A stretch of 64,000 nt of DNA from Octopus sinensis (lineage: Eukaryota), in the NCBI RefSeq assembly GCF_006345805.1, contig NC_043014.1, forward strand, positions 36,704,001 to 36,768,000, in the 5' to 3' direction. A program made the position numbers and the translations under genes. Positions 14,093 to 28,170 of this stretch are shown here, piece after piece. Under the pieces are notes generated by a model that was not told the origin of the DNA, did no database searches, and saw nothing but the letters and a program-made list of their open reading frames with translations. Numbering within the stretch: the stretch's first letter is position 1; each line of letters begins with the position of its first letter.

Positions 14093-14478
14093 GTGGAGTC
14101 GCAATGGCCCAGTGGTTAGAGCAGCGGACTCGCGGTCATAGGATCGCGGTTTCGATTCCCAGACCGGGCGTTGTGAGTGTTTATTGAGAGAAAACACCTA
14201 AAAGCTCCACGAGGCTCCGACAGGGGGTGGTGATCCCTGCTGTACTCTTTCACCACAACTTTCTCTCACTCTTACTTCCTGTTTCTGTTGTACCTGTATT
14301 TCAAGGGGCCGGCCTTGTCACTCTCTGTGTCACGCTGAATATCCCCGAGAACTACGTTAAGGGTGCACGTGTCTGTGGAGTGCTCAACCACTTACACGTT
14401 AATTTCACGAGCAGGCTGTTCCGTTGATTCGGATCAACCGGAACCCTCATCGTCATAACTGACGGAGTGCTTCCATCC
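14093..14478 (+). mobile_element. tRNA-derived SINE (another family)
   Basis: GCAATGGCCCAGTGG A box and GGTTTCGATTCC B box. 12-bp TSD ATTCGTACGTAT at 14081-14092 and 14479-14490. Absent in the gene C paralog. Confidence 0.88.
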
Positions 14479-15710
14479 ATTCGTACGTATATACAATTTC
14501 TATTTTCTGAACTTTACATTTTCTTTTTCTTCTATTCACGCTCTTATCTCTTACCGTTAATAATATTTTTTTTACCTTGTCAATTTTTCTTTCATTCCAG
14601 CATTTTCTGGACAATTCATTCTCTTTCTCTTTGCCTCTTTGATTTCTCATTGCCACTTTTCCCAGGCCTTCACTGTCCTCCACAATTTTAAATCGCTTCG
14701 ATTTATTTGGATTATCTTAGACGGAGTCGTGAAAATGTCCGTATTCCAAACCGACAAAGTGACTAATGCATTACTTTAGAAATAGCGGGCAACTTACACC
14801 GAAAGAATATCTCCTTCTTGAGGCACGCATTTCCAAGAATGGCAATCACTATTCCAGTCACTTTCAGGATGGATGTGAATGGAGAGGCTGGAATAGTGTT
14901 CCGTCAGTTTCTAAAAGAAACCTATCTACAGTAACTTCTGTTAGAAATACACAATTTCATTGAGAATTTCTACACAGTTGTATTTTCTATGGCGATTACG
15001 ACAAAATAGAAGCAATTTTTGGAAGACCTTTAACGTTCGAAATTTTAGTAATTTTAACCAATCAGCTCTATACAATCCCCACAATGCCGTAACGATGGCA
15101 TGAAAAGTACATTGTGTCAGACATGTGACGCAAGGAAAATTACAAACAGACATTTTTAGAGAAATTAATAATGAAAAGGTTACAAAACAATTAAGCCAAA
15201 AAAAAGAATGTAAAAATTAAAAGAAACAACAAATTAATATTTACAATGGTATTTTGAAAGACTCTATAAACACTAAACTTAACTCTAATCCTAAAACTTA
15301 TCCTAAACCTAGCCCGAACCCTAAACCTTAAATCCAAATCATGATTATAATCCTAAATACTATCCCTGACTCTAAAACTTAACCCCAAACTCTAACCCTA
15401 AAGCCTAAAACTTGCGATAGGGCTGAACGTTTTCCTATCTGAAAGCAGCCGACATTTACTCAGCTTGCCAAACTTTGTCGGTTAGATGAATGCCGGACCT
15501 GAAGCCGATTTCATAAGACTGCATGCATCAACGTTGTGTGATAGAGTGACTGAACATACGGCCTTATCCACGCGACGATCTGACCGAGATTTTTCAGTTC
15601 CAAAACCATTCTCGATTACTCATTGTTTTTCCAAATCGGAGATTGTCGCTTTTGACAACATACTTTTAGTTAAGAAAATATTAAATTTATTTAAGTAATT
15701 AGATGATATA

Positions 15711-16990
15711 CGAGAGTCAGCTGGAAAGTTCATAGGCCGACTGTCAAATATTTTCATTAATTCTGAAATCTCTAAACTCTTTTCATTAATTTCAACTAGC
15801 TTTATTAATAAGTGAATTGTCACGTTCCAAGTAAACTGACGTTTAATTATTTATGAAATATTTCAGAACTAACTGGTAGCGACTTCTCTTGAAGATGGAC
15901 AATTTTGTCATAGCATTTTTAGCACGTACTTGTAGAAATGGGTTCAAACCCCAAGGACGTTCCTACTGACATGGTTGCTACTTTATTGAATTGTGCTCCA
16001 GGTTTATAAACAATGCAAAAGTGGGCAGCTGGATTTAGAAGGGGATGGGAACCTTTTGAAGATGAACCCAAATCTGAGCGTTTTGCAACCGCCACCACCA
16101 AAGAAAGCATTGATAGTATTCACCAGACAAATAGTGGATGACAGGCAGTTGACTATAAATCAAATAGGCAATGCTAACAGCATATTCCATGAGGGGGTTA
16201 AGAATATTTTGCACAATGAACTTGGTATAACAAACGTTTCTACTCGATGGATGCCACGTATTCTAATACCTGATCAAAAGCGACCCAGGCCAATCATATG
16301 ACGGGAAAATCTCACATCGTTTCAAGAAGATCGAGCTGATTTCCTTGAATGTTTCCTTACCTAAGATGAGTGTTGACTTTATCACTTTGAGCCAGAGACT
16401 ATGAAACAATCCCTGGAGTAGAAATGCCCCTCCTCACCTGCAGCAAAGAAGACCAAAGTCTTTTAATCTACAGGGAAGATGACAGCCTCAGATTTTTGAG
16501 ATACAAATGACATTGTGTTTCTTGACCTATCTTCAAAATGGCCACATCAGAACTGGAGAGTTTTATTTCAAAATGCTGAGGCAGTTAAGAAGGGTTATCA
16601 AGACCAAACACCCATGAAAACTGGAGAAAGGAGATTTGTTTCATCAGGACCATCCTCCAGTTCACAAATCCTTGCTTTCAATGGCTATTTTGAGTGACTG
16701 TGGTTTGAACTGGTTGATCCCGTTCGCAATTCTCCTGGTTTGACCCCAGCAGAATACCCATTGCTTCCACAGCATGACGAATGACTAGGTTGCGTACCAG
16801 TATCGCAGTCTGGACGACCTCATATCTGCTGTTGGATGAAAGCTTCTTCACGGATTGAATCCAAGCACTGCAACACCGATGGAGGCAGTGTATGGACTGC
16901 AAGAGGGACTACGTTGAGAAATAAACTTCATTTGGTTATTTTCCGTGGGAGTATCTTGATCAGCCTATAAATTTTCAGCCGACCATCTTA
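15711..16990 (+). mobile_element. Decayed mariner transposon in intron 1, shared by all three paralogs
   Basis: TA-flanked imperfect TIRs (CGAGAGTCAGCTGGAAAGTTCATAGGC / GCCTATAAATTTTCAGCCGACCATC). Translation VSTRWMPRILIPDQK. Copies at about 36985-37648 and 58855-60124. Confidence 0.85.
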
Positions 16991-17065
16991 TAGTTTATAC
17001 CTCTAGTTTATTGTAAATTAGTGCGTGTTATGAGAATTTTGCAAACCATTGATGTCAGAAAAGTC

Positions 17066-17089
17066 AGTGTGTGCGTGTGTGTGTGTGTT

Positions 17090-17121
<32 letters not shown>

Positions 17122-17161
17122 TGTGTGTGTCTGTGTGTGTGTCTGAGTGTGTGTGTGTGTA

Positions 17162-17223
<62 letters not shown>
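17066..17223. repeat. (GT)n microsatellite
   Basis: Direct reading. Confidence 0.95.
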
Positions 17224-17226
<3 letters not shown>

Positions 17227-17334
17227 ACACTTGTTTGGGTGGCACAGAAATAAAGAAAGCATGGCAAACAATGTAGAAAAGGAAGATTGTGTGTTGGAGC
17301 CCCACAAAAAATATTTTCTTTAATCTTAACTTAC

Positions 17335-17458
17335 GATCTTTTTCATGATACATCACTGCAATTATAACTGACAACATCGATGAAAATAAAATGCAAATAC
17401 GAGATAGACGGGGAAATAGCCGTCGGCTTCCAGTAACTGAAATATAACCATAAGACAT
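17335..17458 (-). CDS. Gene A exon 1: hydrophobic leader (signal peptide or signal anchor)
   Basis: ATG...MSYGYISVTGSRRLFPRLSRICILFSSMLSVIIAVMYHEKD, then C|GTAAGT phase-1 donor. ATG and frame conserved in paralogs with synonymous changes (TCA/TCT, ACT/ACA, GGA/GGG) and an in-frame 30-nt length difference. Confidence 0.7.
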
Positions 17459-17787
17459 GCATGATTCACGTAAAAATGATGGTTAAACAGCAAAAGAATA
17501 AGAAACCTTGAGAGGAAAAAGGAAAATATATAAGCGTGAATAATCGAGAGTGATGTATTGGTATCAAGTTCCATAACTCTTAAGTCATCCCTCTACTCGT
17601 TTTGTGTCATCATTCTTTTCACGACTACAAACCGGATGTCTCTACTCTCCTCCAATAATAAGAGAGCAGTCACCATATTTCATTTCATATCGGCTACCTG
17701 TGATGTGTGCAGGGTTGCATAATCGGATTGTTGCCTAACAATCCGTGGAAACCCTAGCACGAAACTGATTGCTAAGATCGAACGTAA

Positions 17788-18086
17788 TCTTTATATATAA
17801 AACTGAAGTTGTGTGTGTGAGACTGTCTCCTCCGATTTAGATTCCTAACTGCTCCCACATTTTGCGGTGCAGTTTAACCAAAAGCAGGTATAGTCGTCAT
17901 TCATATCGAGCCCTTCTGAGTATTAGCGCGCGTCTACGATGAGTCTACGATTTTTTAAAAATTTACCATCATTTTTCCGCATTTTTAATGATTTTTGCTC
18001 GGGTTATATAAGGGATATAACTCTCTAAAAATGCTTATATAGTTATTTCCCTCACAAACCCAAGCAACGCCGGGCGATACTGCTAG
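17788..18086 (+). mobile_element. Non-autonomous Helitron
   Basis: 5' TC, 3' CCCAAGCAACGCCGGG hairpin then CTAG, inserted between A and T with no TSD. Confidence 0.8.
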
Positions 18087-18324
18087 TAGATGTATAATAT
18101 TGTACATTTCGGAAAATGTGAGTGTGTGTGTCTATGTATGGGCGTATGTCTGTATGTATATTGTATGCGTGTGTGCGTGTGTGTGTGTGTGTGTCTGTGT
18201 ATTAAGCAAATAAAGACTTTTCAGTAATAATAACATGTCAGTTTACAATACTACTATAGTACATAGTGATTAATTGTTTCTCATCCACGTTAATCCCTTT
18301 CAGCAAGTAAAACTGAATCATTTG

Positions 18325-19040
18325 TGACTACTTCGCGTTTCAACTATCACGGATTCACAACTTCGTGGATTTTAAAAATATATATAAATATGAACACCTA
18401 AAATTTTTCATTAAATCCAAAGAAAAAGAAACGCAGCAATAAACAGAAGTTGTCGACCAGACTGGCTTGACTTTGGAACGGCTAGCCAAGCTCTGCAACC
18501 TGGCTAAAGAATTGAAAGAGGAGTCACAGGAATGGGACGACGATATGGTTCCTTCTGTGCAATTATGCAACAAGGTCGACGAAGTCATGAATCCCTACAA
18601 GGTGCTCTTTTTACGGAAAAAGAAGCAGCGGCAGCAACTTCCTATCACAATGTTTTTGCAACTTCGCAAAAGAGAGCCATTTCCTGCTGCTACGACTACG
18701 GTTGCACCTTCGGAAGAAGTGGAAGAGGTGTCCCAGGAAAGGGCACCGCCGTCAGCTTCATCATCATCATTTCTACTACGCAGCAAATTCACCATCATCA
18801 TTCAAATTTTACTTCAACTTCTTTCGTGTTGAGTAGAGTAAAAATCTTTATTTTTTTTTATCTAAAGTGTTATTACTTAACAGTTGTCCTTGTTATTATT
18901 AGACTACTGTAATGGGTGAGTTGTTAACAGTGCAGGGAGGGTTTTAAAAGTCCAAGTACACGTTAGACAAATACTGAAAATATGGTGTCCCTACTTCGCG
19001 GAAATTCAGTTATTGCGGCCGGTCTCGGAACCAATCTACC
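18325..19040 (+). mobile_element. Tigger/pogo-type DNA transposon remnant
   Basis: Right TIR ...CCGCAATAAACGAGGAATCACTG followed by TA. TIGD-like C-terminus LTLERLAKL...KKKQRQQLPITMFL. Absent at the paralogous site near 63130. Confidence 0.75.
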
Positions 19041-21294
19041 GCAATAAACGAGGAATCACTGTAATGTTTCTTGGCTACAGATAGGTACAAGCTGTTGGCG
19101 ATCCATATTGATTCATTCATTCGTTTTGTTATGCACCGTACATAAAATGATGCAAGGAAGACTCTTCAATCACTCACACTTGTCAAATTCATGAAAGTCG
19201 AAACAAAGAGAGAATGCTACATAACGCTGAAAACGACGAATTGATAAATATGCAAATTTAATTATATTAGCAACCGTTTCTCAGTTGACATTTATTAGTG
19301 ATTTATTATTGCTTTCAAATGAGTAATACCTATATGTAATGAATGTTATCACATAGACTCACTTCAAAGTTAACAAAGTGTCAGCTGTTGCAGCATGCAA
19401 AAACATATTCAATAAACATGCCTGATGTTTTATTAGTCACTTTTAACAGATAGTTCCTTTAATGTTTGGAGGGTGAGATAATCAGGATTTGAGACCCAAA
19501 ACTGGAACTTTTCCTACTATATATACTAAATATATCTTGTCTAAAGTAATTTTGTCAACTTCATTTAATCTCCTACTGCAACTACAGATATGTCGTAGAC
19601 ATGTCTAGTCAATACTCTATCAACATTGTACTACCTACTGAAGATAATACCTACAGTTCATTTCAACAATTTGCCATACTCCGGTGTACTCAGCTACGTT
19701 TGGTGAGAAACAGAAGGAAAATACGTAGTTTGGCTGATGTCTATAAGTGTACACGTGCCACTTACGCTCATGTTGTGTTGCCATTAGATTTGGTAGACTG
19801 GCACCCATGGGACATCAAAGTTTCGACAACAAGGATAGCAAATCCCTGCTCTGTCTTTGTGATTTTGCAGCGAGTATTGTCCTTCATGCTGATATTGTTG
19901 CTACCTTTGTCATGTGACTATCATTTCTGCTTTCGCTACATTGAGGCATAAGCTCTAATTCTATGCTAACCTGAAATAGAACTTCAACCCAGTCTCGTGT
20001 TGCCTTCTCAAATGATGGTTGTAACTGATGTAGCGTTTCTGTTGTTGCCTATTAAATGTATTTTGGAGTCGTTGTTAATGTTTCCGGTTACATAACAGGA
20101 GCGACCGCAGAGGAAGTGCTTGACCAATTGCAAGCGGAAGCGTATTGATTCCTTGGATTAGTAAGTTCAGAAATATTTCATTGTATTTTGTAGATGTAAT
20201 GTTTGCGTTGTTACTGTTGTTGTTCTTGGTGTTATTACTGTTATAGTAACCTACAGGTTACTCTAAATCAGACTCAGACACAAAGGTAATGGATGATCAC
20301 GTAAACATCTTTTGTATATGAACACGCTCCCGTTGTGAGATCATGCACAAATAGAGCATATGCTACACACAGTACAGACATTCATTTAGGCACTGCATAT
20401 GAGATTTGGATTAGAAAACTGCACCGAAATAACAATCAATGGCAGGAAATAGTTAAGAACACTAATGTTAAGAACTTTAATGTCATTTGATAAAGGAACG
20501 AGGGACATAGAATGAGATCAACTAGATATTTACAAGTACGTAGGAGATAGATACACACGAAGGAAAAGTTTAGGAATACAAGTATAATGTATTAAAGCAT
20601 AGGCTATTTTTTTTAATGTATTAGGCAATAATATTTTAAACGTCCTAGCAAAATCAGTTGACAAGAATTGAGAGAAGAAATCAGAAAAAGTAAATCTATA
20701 CTGTATACAGAATACACAACTCCAAAGCTTACGGAGATTATATTTACAATAAACACAGAGATATATGGAAATTATACAACTATAAAACTGTGGAATTATA
20801 AATATAAGTGGTAACGAACAACAGAAGGCTAAAATAAAATGCCCCAAGTCATGAACAGAAAGAAGACACTGCTTTCTATCTTCAAAGTAGCCAACTATAA
20901 GAAAATGCATAATAATGGCTCAGTTATTAGATATGTGTGAATAAAAAGGAGTGTAGAGAACGGAAATTGTGGAAAAAGCACAACGATCATGCTACAGAAA
21001 AAGATGTTAAAATGATGATTAATACCTAATAATACTATGGAACGTGGGGAAAGATAAAGAAAGGCGAGGACTGTCGAAGATTTGAGTGCGGCACAGAACC
21101 AAAAGTTTTCTTCAATTGAAGTTACCAAAATCATATAATGAAACAGAATGAATTAAATAACTGCGTAATATATGGATATTGGCGAGTGAAAAATTAATTA
21201 TAGTCACTAGTAAACACAGATTTAACAAAGACTGAATACAAGAGATGCGACAAACTTGGAAATTTCATTTACCGGAAATTACATTAACTTTATA

Positions 21295-21710
21295 TAATCC
21301 TTTCTATATTGGGCACACGGCCTGAACTTTTGGTGTGGAAGGGGCTAGTCGAGTACATCTTAAATGGTACTTATTTCATCGACCCCGAAAGGATAATATG
21401 TAAAGTCAACCTAGTTGGAATTTTAACTCAGAACGTAAAAGGACAAAACACTGCAAAGCGTTTTTTGACTTGCTAACGATTCTGCCAGCTCGCTGTCTTA
21501 GTGATTTTATATGATCCTTACTACTAAAGGTGGGAAATTTAACGGACAAGTCGATTACATCAACTGCAGAGTTTCACTGGTACTTAATTTATCGACCCCG
21601 AAAGGGAAGGTCAAAATCGACCTCGACGGAATTTGAACTTAGAACGTACGAAATACCGCAAAGCAATTTCGTCCAGCGTGCTAACAATTCTCTTAGTTCA
21701 CTGCATTATT
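21295..21710 (-). mobile_element. Two degenerate SINE copies in tandem (family of 874-1110); paralogous pair at about 39965-40395
   Basis: Reverse-complement matches such as GGTACTTATTTCATCGACCCCGAAAGGAT and GTCAACCT...AACTCAGAACGTA. Confidence 0.65.
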
Positions 21711-21992
21711 ACCTTTATATAATACAAACATAAATTAGGTAGTTTAAACTTATACCGGAAAAAGGCCTCTGCAAGTAACAAAAACAACAGTCTGGGGTGT
21801 GTCAGTTCACATAGCCCTGGAGATCAACGTTAATCGACACTGATACATTCAAAGGCTACCAGGAAAGACATTGCTGTTTTACAAATAATACCAGTCCCAA
21901 CAAGTGATAATTCATTTCTAAACAAAATGGAGAAGCTTTCCAAATATACAGAAATGAAATAAGTGACAACTGGAATGCAAGAGATGAAAATA

Positions 21993-23062
21993 ATCTCCAG
22001 TTCTGGTAGTGATGATGGTGGAGGATATCGACTCCTTGCTTGTTTTCTATAATGCACCATAAATGTTCAGTAATATTGAGATCAGGGGACTGTGGTGGTC
22101 AGAGAATCTGTTCAATTTCACTGTAATGTTCCTCGTGACATTCAGTAATAACTTTAGCTCTGTGAATTGGTCCATTATCAACCTGAAAGATTGCGTTTCC
22201 CTCCAGAAACAGTTCCGCAACCATAGGATGGATTTTATCAGATAAAATGAGGATTTTCAAGATATAGCCCTCCCCACCCCACCCCCGATCATCGCAGATC
22301 CCCCTCCATGTTTAACAGGTAGAAGAAGGCAGTCTGGGTCAAATTCTTCTTTTGACTGTCTCCACACGTATACTCGGCCGGTGGTCGGAAATAAGACAAA
22401 GGGTTACTCATCCGAGAATATAACATTCTTCCACTTCTTTAGGGAACAATTCTGTAGGTTTTTTTTTACTCCACTCTAAACGCTGTGCAACGTTTGTTTT
22501 TGAAAGTAGTGGTTTTCTGGTTGCAGACCTCCGGTGAAATCTGACTTTGTGCAGCTCCCGACGAACAGTGTTTGTGGAAACTGGGTTCTCGAGATGGTCA
22601 CTGAGATCTGCAGTAATTTTGGGAGCTATGTTTTTGTGATCCTTTCTAACATTTTGCGTATAAGTCCGCACGTCCCTATCTCAATGTTTTGGTTTTCTTC
22701 CGACGTTCTATTTCGAAGAGGAGGTTGTTTTCCTCTTTCTCAAAAGCTGTCATTAATTTTGAGACAGAACTTCTTGAAGCACCAAACATTTCGGCTGTTT
22801 TCCTTACGCTGGCGCCTGCCATACGAGCACCAAGAATTTAACCTCTTCGAAAGTCCGATAGATCTGTCATTTTAATGAATTTTAATTACCTTTTTCTGAT
22901 GATATCTGAAAAGAAACAGCAATTTTAGCAAAACATATTAAGCAACACTAATAATAAATCAAAAACATAAAAATAAACAAGATTTTGACGGTTTTATAGA
23001 TGTTTCGAAATTATGGTGCTATGATGCTAGGCGCTTCCATTATTTTTTCCAACTCTTGCATA
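21993..23062 (-). mobile_element. Decayed Tc1-type transposon
   Basis: ORF 22408-22671 VSTNTVRRELHK...RKPLLSKTNVAQRLEW, followed out of frame by VIFSDE...VYVWRQ...VKHGGGS. Absent from unit 2. Confidence 0.85.
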
Positions 23063-23396
23063 TAGCTCCATGAATTTCGTCATTTATGTAATTAAATGAT
23101 CTTGTTATAAAGGTGTTTAAATTTTTCTAATTAATTTTTTTTTTCTACATCAATTATCCCAACGTTTATTCCATTCTACTGGAAAAAGAACACTTAAGTA
23201 CTTTACACAGTACATAGATTATTTTCATTGCAATATAAAACTAAAAACCAAAGGGCTTTGGCATGTGCAAAATATGGCACACACCAAAGTCTACAAATTT
23301 GGTCTCGAAAGTTGCAGTAGAAATACGCAATAGAAATAAAACTACTGAAAATTAATGGTAATGTAGCTAAATAACTCTAAGCCTGATAACACTTAC

Positions 23397-23698
23397 CTTT
23401 AAGCATTTTCCTTGTTGAAGTTCGTTTATAAGCTTTACATGGGCAGACTGCTACAGCTTCGCATGTAGGATTTGGTTTGCAACACGTAATATAGCTTACA
23501 TCACCAAAAGGTAAATCATTCTCGAAACCTTCGATAATTATTAATGGTTTTCACATATACGTATTGTATATGCACATCTCTAACTTCGTTTTGTTGCAGT
23601 TAGAAGCCAAAAAAATTATATACCACATACCATCATGTTACTTGTCATCCCAACTGCAATACCGTCAGCTGGTGTCATTTTTAGAATCTAAATAAAAA
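23397..23698 (-). pseudogene. Disabled V-type Ig exon (psiV1), paralog of exon 2
   Basis: MTPADGIAVG...F*LQQNEVRDVHIQY...EGFENDLP...ITCCKPNPTCEAVAVCPCKA...MLK G|GTAAGT, with in-frame stops and frameshifts. Confidence 0.8.
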
Positions 23699-24090
23699 CT
23701 AAAGGTGAGAAACATATAAATCACAGAAATATGTAATCGCTGTCATATAACGATGGTTAAGAAGATAATAGTATGGAGAGCAATGGCATTGAAAAACATG
23801 AATGAGTGAATGACAATTGTAGTCTCTCGCACTCTGAGGAAGAAGGTTCTGCAGTTTCTTGCTGAAAAGACTGCACAAAGAATTTGTTCATAATGATCAA
23901 ACGTATGTAATGTACTTTTATATCCTTGAAACGTTCGGATATATAATTTAACGAAGCAAAGTTAAAATCAATGTCTTTACAAGGCGTACTTTTTATTTCT
24001 CTGCTTACAAAACGCAAGATTCAAAAACGCCCTCTGACGTCATTAACGATATAACAATCCGACGAGTCTACACAGATGTGTGTTAATGTC

Positions 24091-27000
24091 TATCACATCT
24101 CCCCTTTTGAGATTGACTTCTGTTGGAAGTGAATATTTTTTCTACTCCACATCTCCTTTCTTTGAGATTTACTTCCATTTCAAACTCAATATTTTTTCGT
24201 TTTGGTACTACCTCCAACTATTCCTCAGGCTTTCTTTTTCTTGTACTGTTACAACTTGATTCGAGTCGGCACATTAAAAATATCGTCGTGGACTGCCATG
24301 GATACTTCTTTCCTCGTAAACCTTTCTTCAGCAAACCTTCTTTTCAACTGGTTTATGTGTCTTTTATGTTTCCGTTTCGAACCTTTCACAATGTACGTCA
24401 TTTTACCGACTGGTTTTATTACTTTGCCGCTTTCCCAGCCTTCTTTTCCATTTCTGTACACTCTTAAAACACCTTATCACCAGATTTAAAATACTTGATC
24501 GTATTTTGAGTATTCTCCTTAGATTTTAACTTTCTTCCAGGTAATAACTTCTCAAAAACTGACCTAAGTTTTCTTGCGAATATCAGTTCAGTAGGCGACT
24601 TGCTTAAAAAACGTATTAGGGTCTGGTATTACACGGTAAACTCTCAGAAATAGTGTCAATGCTACATCATCACCTTTCAACACATTTCTGGATCTCTTTA
24701 GTGCCCTTTGGAACGCGTCAACAAAGCGTTCAGCTTGTCTGTTTGGTCTTGGGTGATACTGAGGGGCAGTGATGTGTTCAACTGACTACATCTTGCAAAA
24801 AATATTTAATTAATTGTGTACTGTTATCGGTGACTATGGTATCTGGGACACCATACTAGCAAGAAGTTCGTGTTGAAATTCGTCTGTTACCGTGGAGGCC
24901 GGTTTCTCACATTTACAAATTATTTCTGGTCATTTTGTATAGCTATCCACCACTATTAGATAATATGATCGGTTTAACGGTGCCGGTGCTGCGACGTCTA
25001 TGAGTAACCCGGTCCATAGAATACCGGTCTTGGGCCAAGGTTGAAATTTTGTACATGGTGATTTCGCTGCAAGAGCATAACTTCTGAAGGATGTTACCAA
25101 CTTCTCAATAACTCCTCATAAGCGACTTTATCCTAGAAATTCCTTGGATGTCCAGTGTGGAACTCCTTTAACATTCGATTTTGTAGCGAGGCATGCATTA
25201 CGATCCTCTGTGTGTACATAAGAATATTATCACATATTGAATACAAATTCAAAACTGTGTTGCGTCCAGCCACATGCAATATTTCCTTTGTTTCTTCTGA
25301 TCTCACTATCTTTTTCATTTTTGTGATAAACTCGTTTTTCTTTCCTCCGATGTCAACGGTAATTAACGTACAACGTTGCACAATAAATGTTTTATTTAAT
25401 TTTCGGCTTTTAACGCCGCTGTTTCTATGTTTTCTAGTGGTTCACTATATTTTGGTATTAATCGCGACAAACCAATAACATGTCTCAATTTTTTAGATGG
25501 TAAATACTTCATCTTGAAGTCATAATTCAATAGAATCGTCCCCCAGGGCTGCAATCTGTTGGCTGTGTGTGAGGATATGGGAACACCGTTTTTTAATTCA
25601 TAGAGCGACAATAATGAGCGGTGGTCTCTCTGATAACGGGGCTTTCTTCCATGTATAAATTTATGAAACTTTTTACCGTAAATATGGCTAATGCTTCCTC
25701 TTCTATTTGACTCTAACTTTTTTCAGCCAGCAGTAATGAACGCGAAACATGAGCTACTACTTTCGGGCTAACATCTTCATATTTGTATAAAATCTCAGAT
25801 TCAATGCCACTTTAACTAGCATCTGATGCCACTATTATTTCTAAATTCGGGTCAAAATGTGGTAACAATTCCGATGTTAATACGTTTTCAATTTCTTCAA
25901 ATTTTTTGGCATTTATCCGACCACTTCCGCTTAACGTCTTTTTTTAACACGTTATTCAGGGGTACTCTTAAATCGTTCATGTTTGGTATGTATACCTAGT
26001 AGTAATTTGCGAACCAAAAAGTGCTTGTAACGTCGTAATGTTTGTCGGGGGAAGCATATTTTTTATTGCATTTGCCCTAGACAGGACTGGTCTACGCCCA
26101 TTTTCGTTGATAATATGCCCTAGATATTTTATTCTTGGCCAAGAAGATTCACACTTTTCCTAGCTGAGCTTAAAGTCATATTTTTTTATGTTTTCGAAAA
26201 GATTCTTAACATACTCAACATGCTCACCCCGTGATTCATTTTTAATGAGTATGTCGTCAAGGTAAGCTACAGCGAAATCCGAGCATAATGTCCATAACTT
26301 GTTGCAAAATGCCACGAGCTACATTTATACTCCAAGGAAGTCGATTAAATTTATGCAACATTTTATGAGTATTAATTATCAAAAATTTTGAACATTCCTC
26401 AACAACCTTTAACTGCAAGTTTGCTTCAGATAGGTCCAACATTGAAAACATTTTCCTCCATACAACTTCGCGAAAATTTCCTCCGGACTTGGTAACGAGT
26501 AGTTATATGGCATCAAACATTCATTTAAACCTGTTAAAAAATCCACGCATACTTGGAATTTTTTTCTTGAAATAAACTTTTTGTGTCACCTATTTTGTGT
26601 AATCATTTTTTTTTTCAATAACGCCAATCTTTTCAAGTCTATACAATTCTACGTTGACTAGTTTCAACGCTGTGAATGGTACCGTTCGTTTTGGTTTATA
26701 GCGTTATAGCGTTTTCTTTCACTTGAAACTTCACCTGTTTTGGAGCAAAGACCCAATTCATAAAAGAAAACTTCAGGAAATTTTCTTAAGTCTTCCGATG
26801 CTTTAAATGTACTGGCGGAAGAGCCAATCCCATTTTCCAAAAATTATTTGAGAAGATCCCATAAGTTAAATAATTCCATCCACCTGTTCCAAATAAATTT
26901 TTCGTATTTTGCAATACAAAATCCTTGGCTTCCGAAGTTTTTCCACGAAATGTAACTTCACTTCTCATTTCGCCCATAGAATGCATTTTTTTCCTGAAAC

Positions 27001-27213
27001 ACCATGCGAAATTTCGAAGTTTCCTTTAATCTAGGTTTCCCTAATTTCCTCCATGCAGTTGTAATAATTACCCTGATACCACTGCTCGTACCCAATTGTA
27101 ACTTGATATTTACGTTATTCATTTTTATGGACACAAATTCTCTTTTCTGTGTCTCGCCTAGAATTTTTGTTGACAATACATTCTTTCCAGGATGTTTTTG
27201 CTTGACACCTTCT
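24091..27213 (-). mobile_element. Decayed Ty3/Gypsy pol (PR-RT-RH-INT) with polypurine tract
   Basis: FSMLDLSEANLQL, AYLDDILI, LKEFHTGHP, KGSKRKHKRHINQLK. GGGGAGA-TGTGATA PPT/LTR junction at about 24091-24104. Paralog at 43914-45990. Confidence 0.85.
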
Positions 27214-27480
27214 TTTATTTTGCACAATGAACTTGGTATAACGAAGCATGAGCTACTACTTTCATGGATGCCATGTATTTTGACACTTGATCAAAAGTGA
27301 CCCATGCCAATCATATCACGGAAAAATCTCCTAACCCAGGATGGGTGAGTGTTGGCTTCATTAATATGCGCCGGAGACAAAGTGACAATCCCTGCAGCGG
27401 AAACGCTTCTCCTCGCCAGCTCCAAGTTGGCCAAGGTCGTTTCATCTGCAGGGAAGGTGATGGATTCAGTTTTTAGGATG
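27214..27480 (+). mobile_element. Mariner transposase fragment
   Basis: ILHNELGITK...WMPCILTLDQK, then SSAGKVM-like motif. Confidence 0.7.
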
Positions 27481-27981
27481 TAAAATACACCATTTAACTA
27501 CCATTTACTGCATATTCTCTAATAAACGTATACAAATTAATTTATTTTATATATATATATAAAATATGGTTACGTTGGAGTCAAATGTTTATTTAAATAA
27601 GATAACTTTTAGACACATTCAATATTAACTCAGTAGTAATTCAATCATTATTTATATTAGGATCATTAATTAATAAACTAAATAAATTTAAAAACTATAA
27701 TGTAATAAAATTCATTAATATAATATTAATTAATTAGATAAACATCTAAATAAATCTACTTCGAGATATATAATAAAATACATTTTGATTAATATAAAAA
27801 ATTTATTTATTACAATCTATAAACTTAACTGTCGTTTATAATAAATATATATTATATATCATATAAATACTCAAAACAAATGCTAAATAATAATAAATTA
27901 AACTTATTATATAAGTAAAGTAATTTATATTTAGATCAAGTACTTCGCTCTTTAATTGAATAAATAAAGTACATATTATCA

Positions 27982-28170
27982 TCTATATATATATAACTGA
28001 GAATGTGGGTCTCTCTGTCTGTGTGAATCCCTAAAACCTGAAAACTACACAACCAATTTCATTCAAATTTTACACATGCCTTACTTAGGGTCCATGTAGT
28101 GTCATGAGCAAACAATTTTAACTTCTTGCCTAGGGCGAGTCCACAGCAATATCATATCTTCTCCACTATG
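27982..28170 (+). mobile_element. 5' fragment of a non-autonomous Helitron-like repeat
   Basis: A|TCTATATATATA start followed by TGTCTGTGTG...ACCAATTTCATTCAAATTTTACAC, similar in layout to 60775-61136. Confidence 0.45.

Noticed and set aside
14093-14170. tRNA genes at SINE heads
   Set aside because: A and B boxes continue into SINE bodies with TSDs and no full cloverleaf is evident.
15275-15410. Interstitial telomere (CCTAAA-like repeats, also 58465-58590)
   Set aside because: Short and degenerate; likely internal to an old repeat duplicated with the unit.
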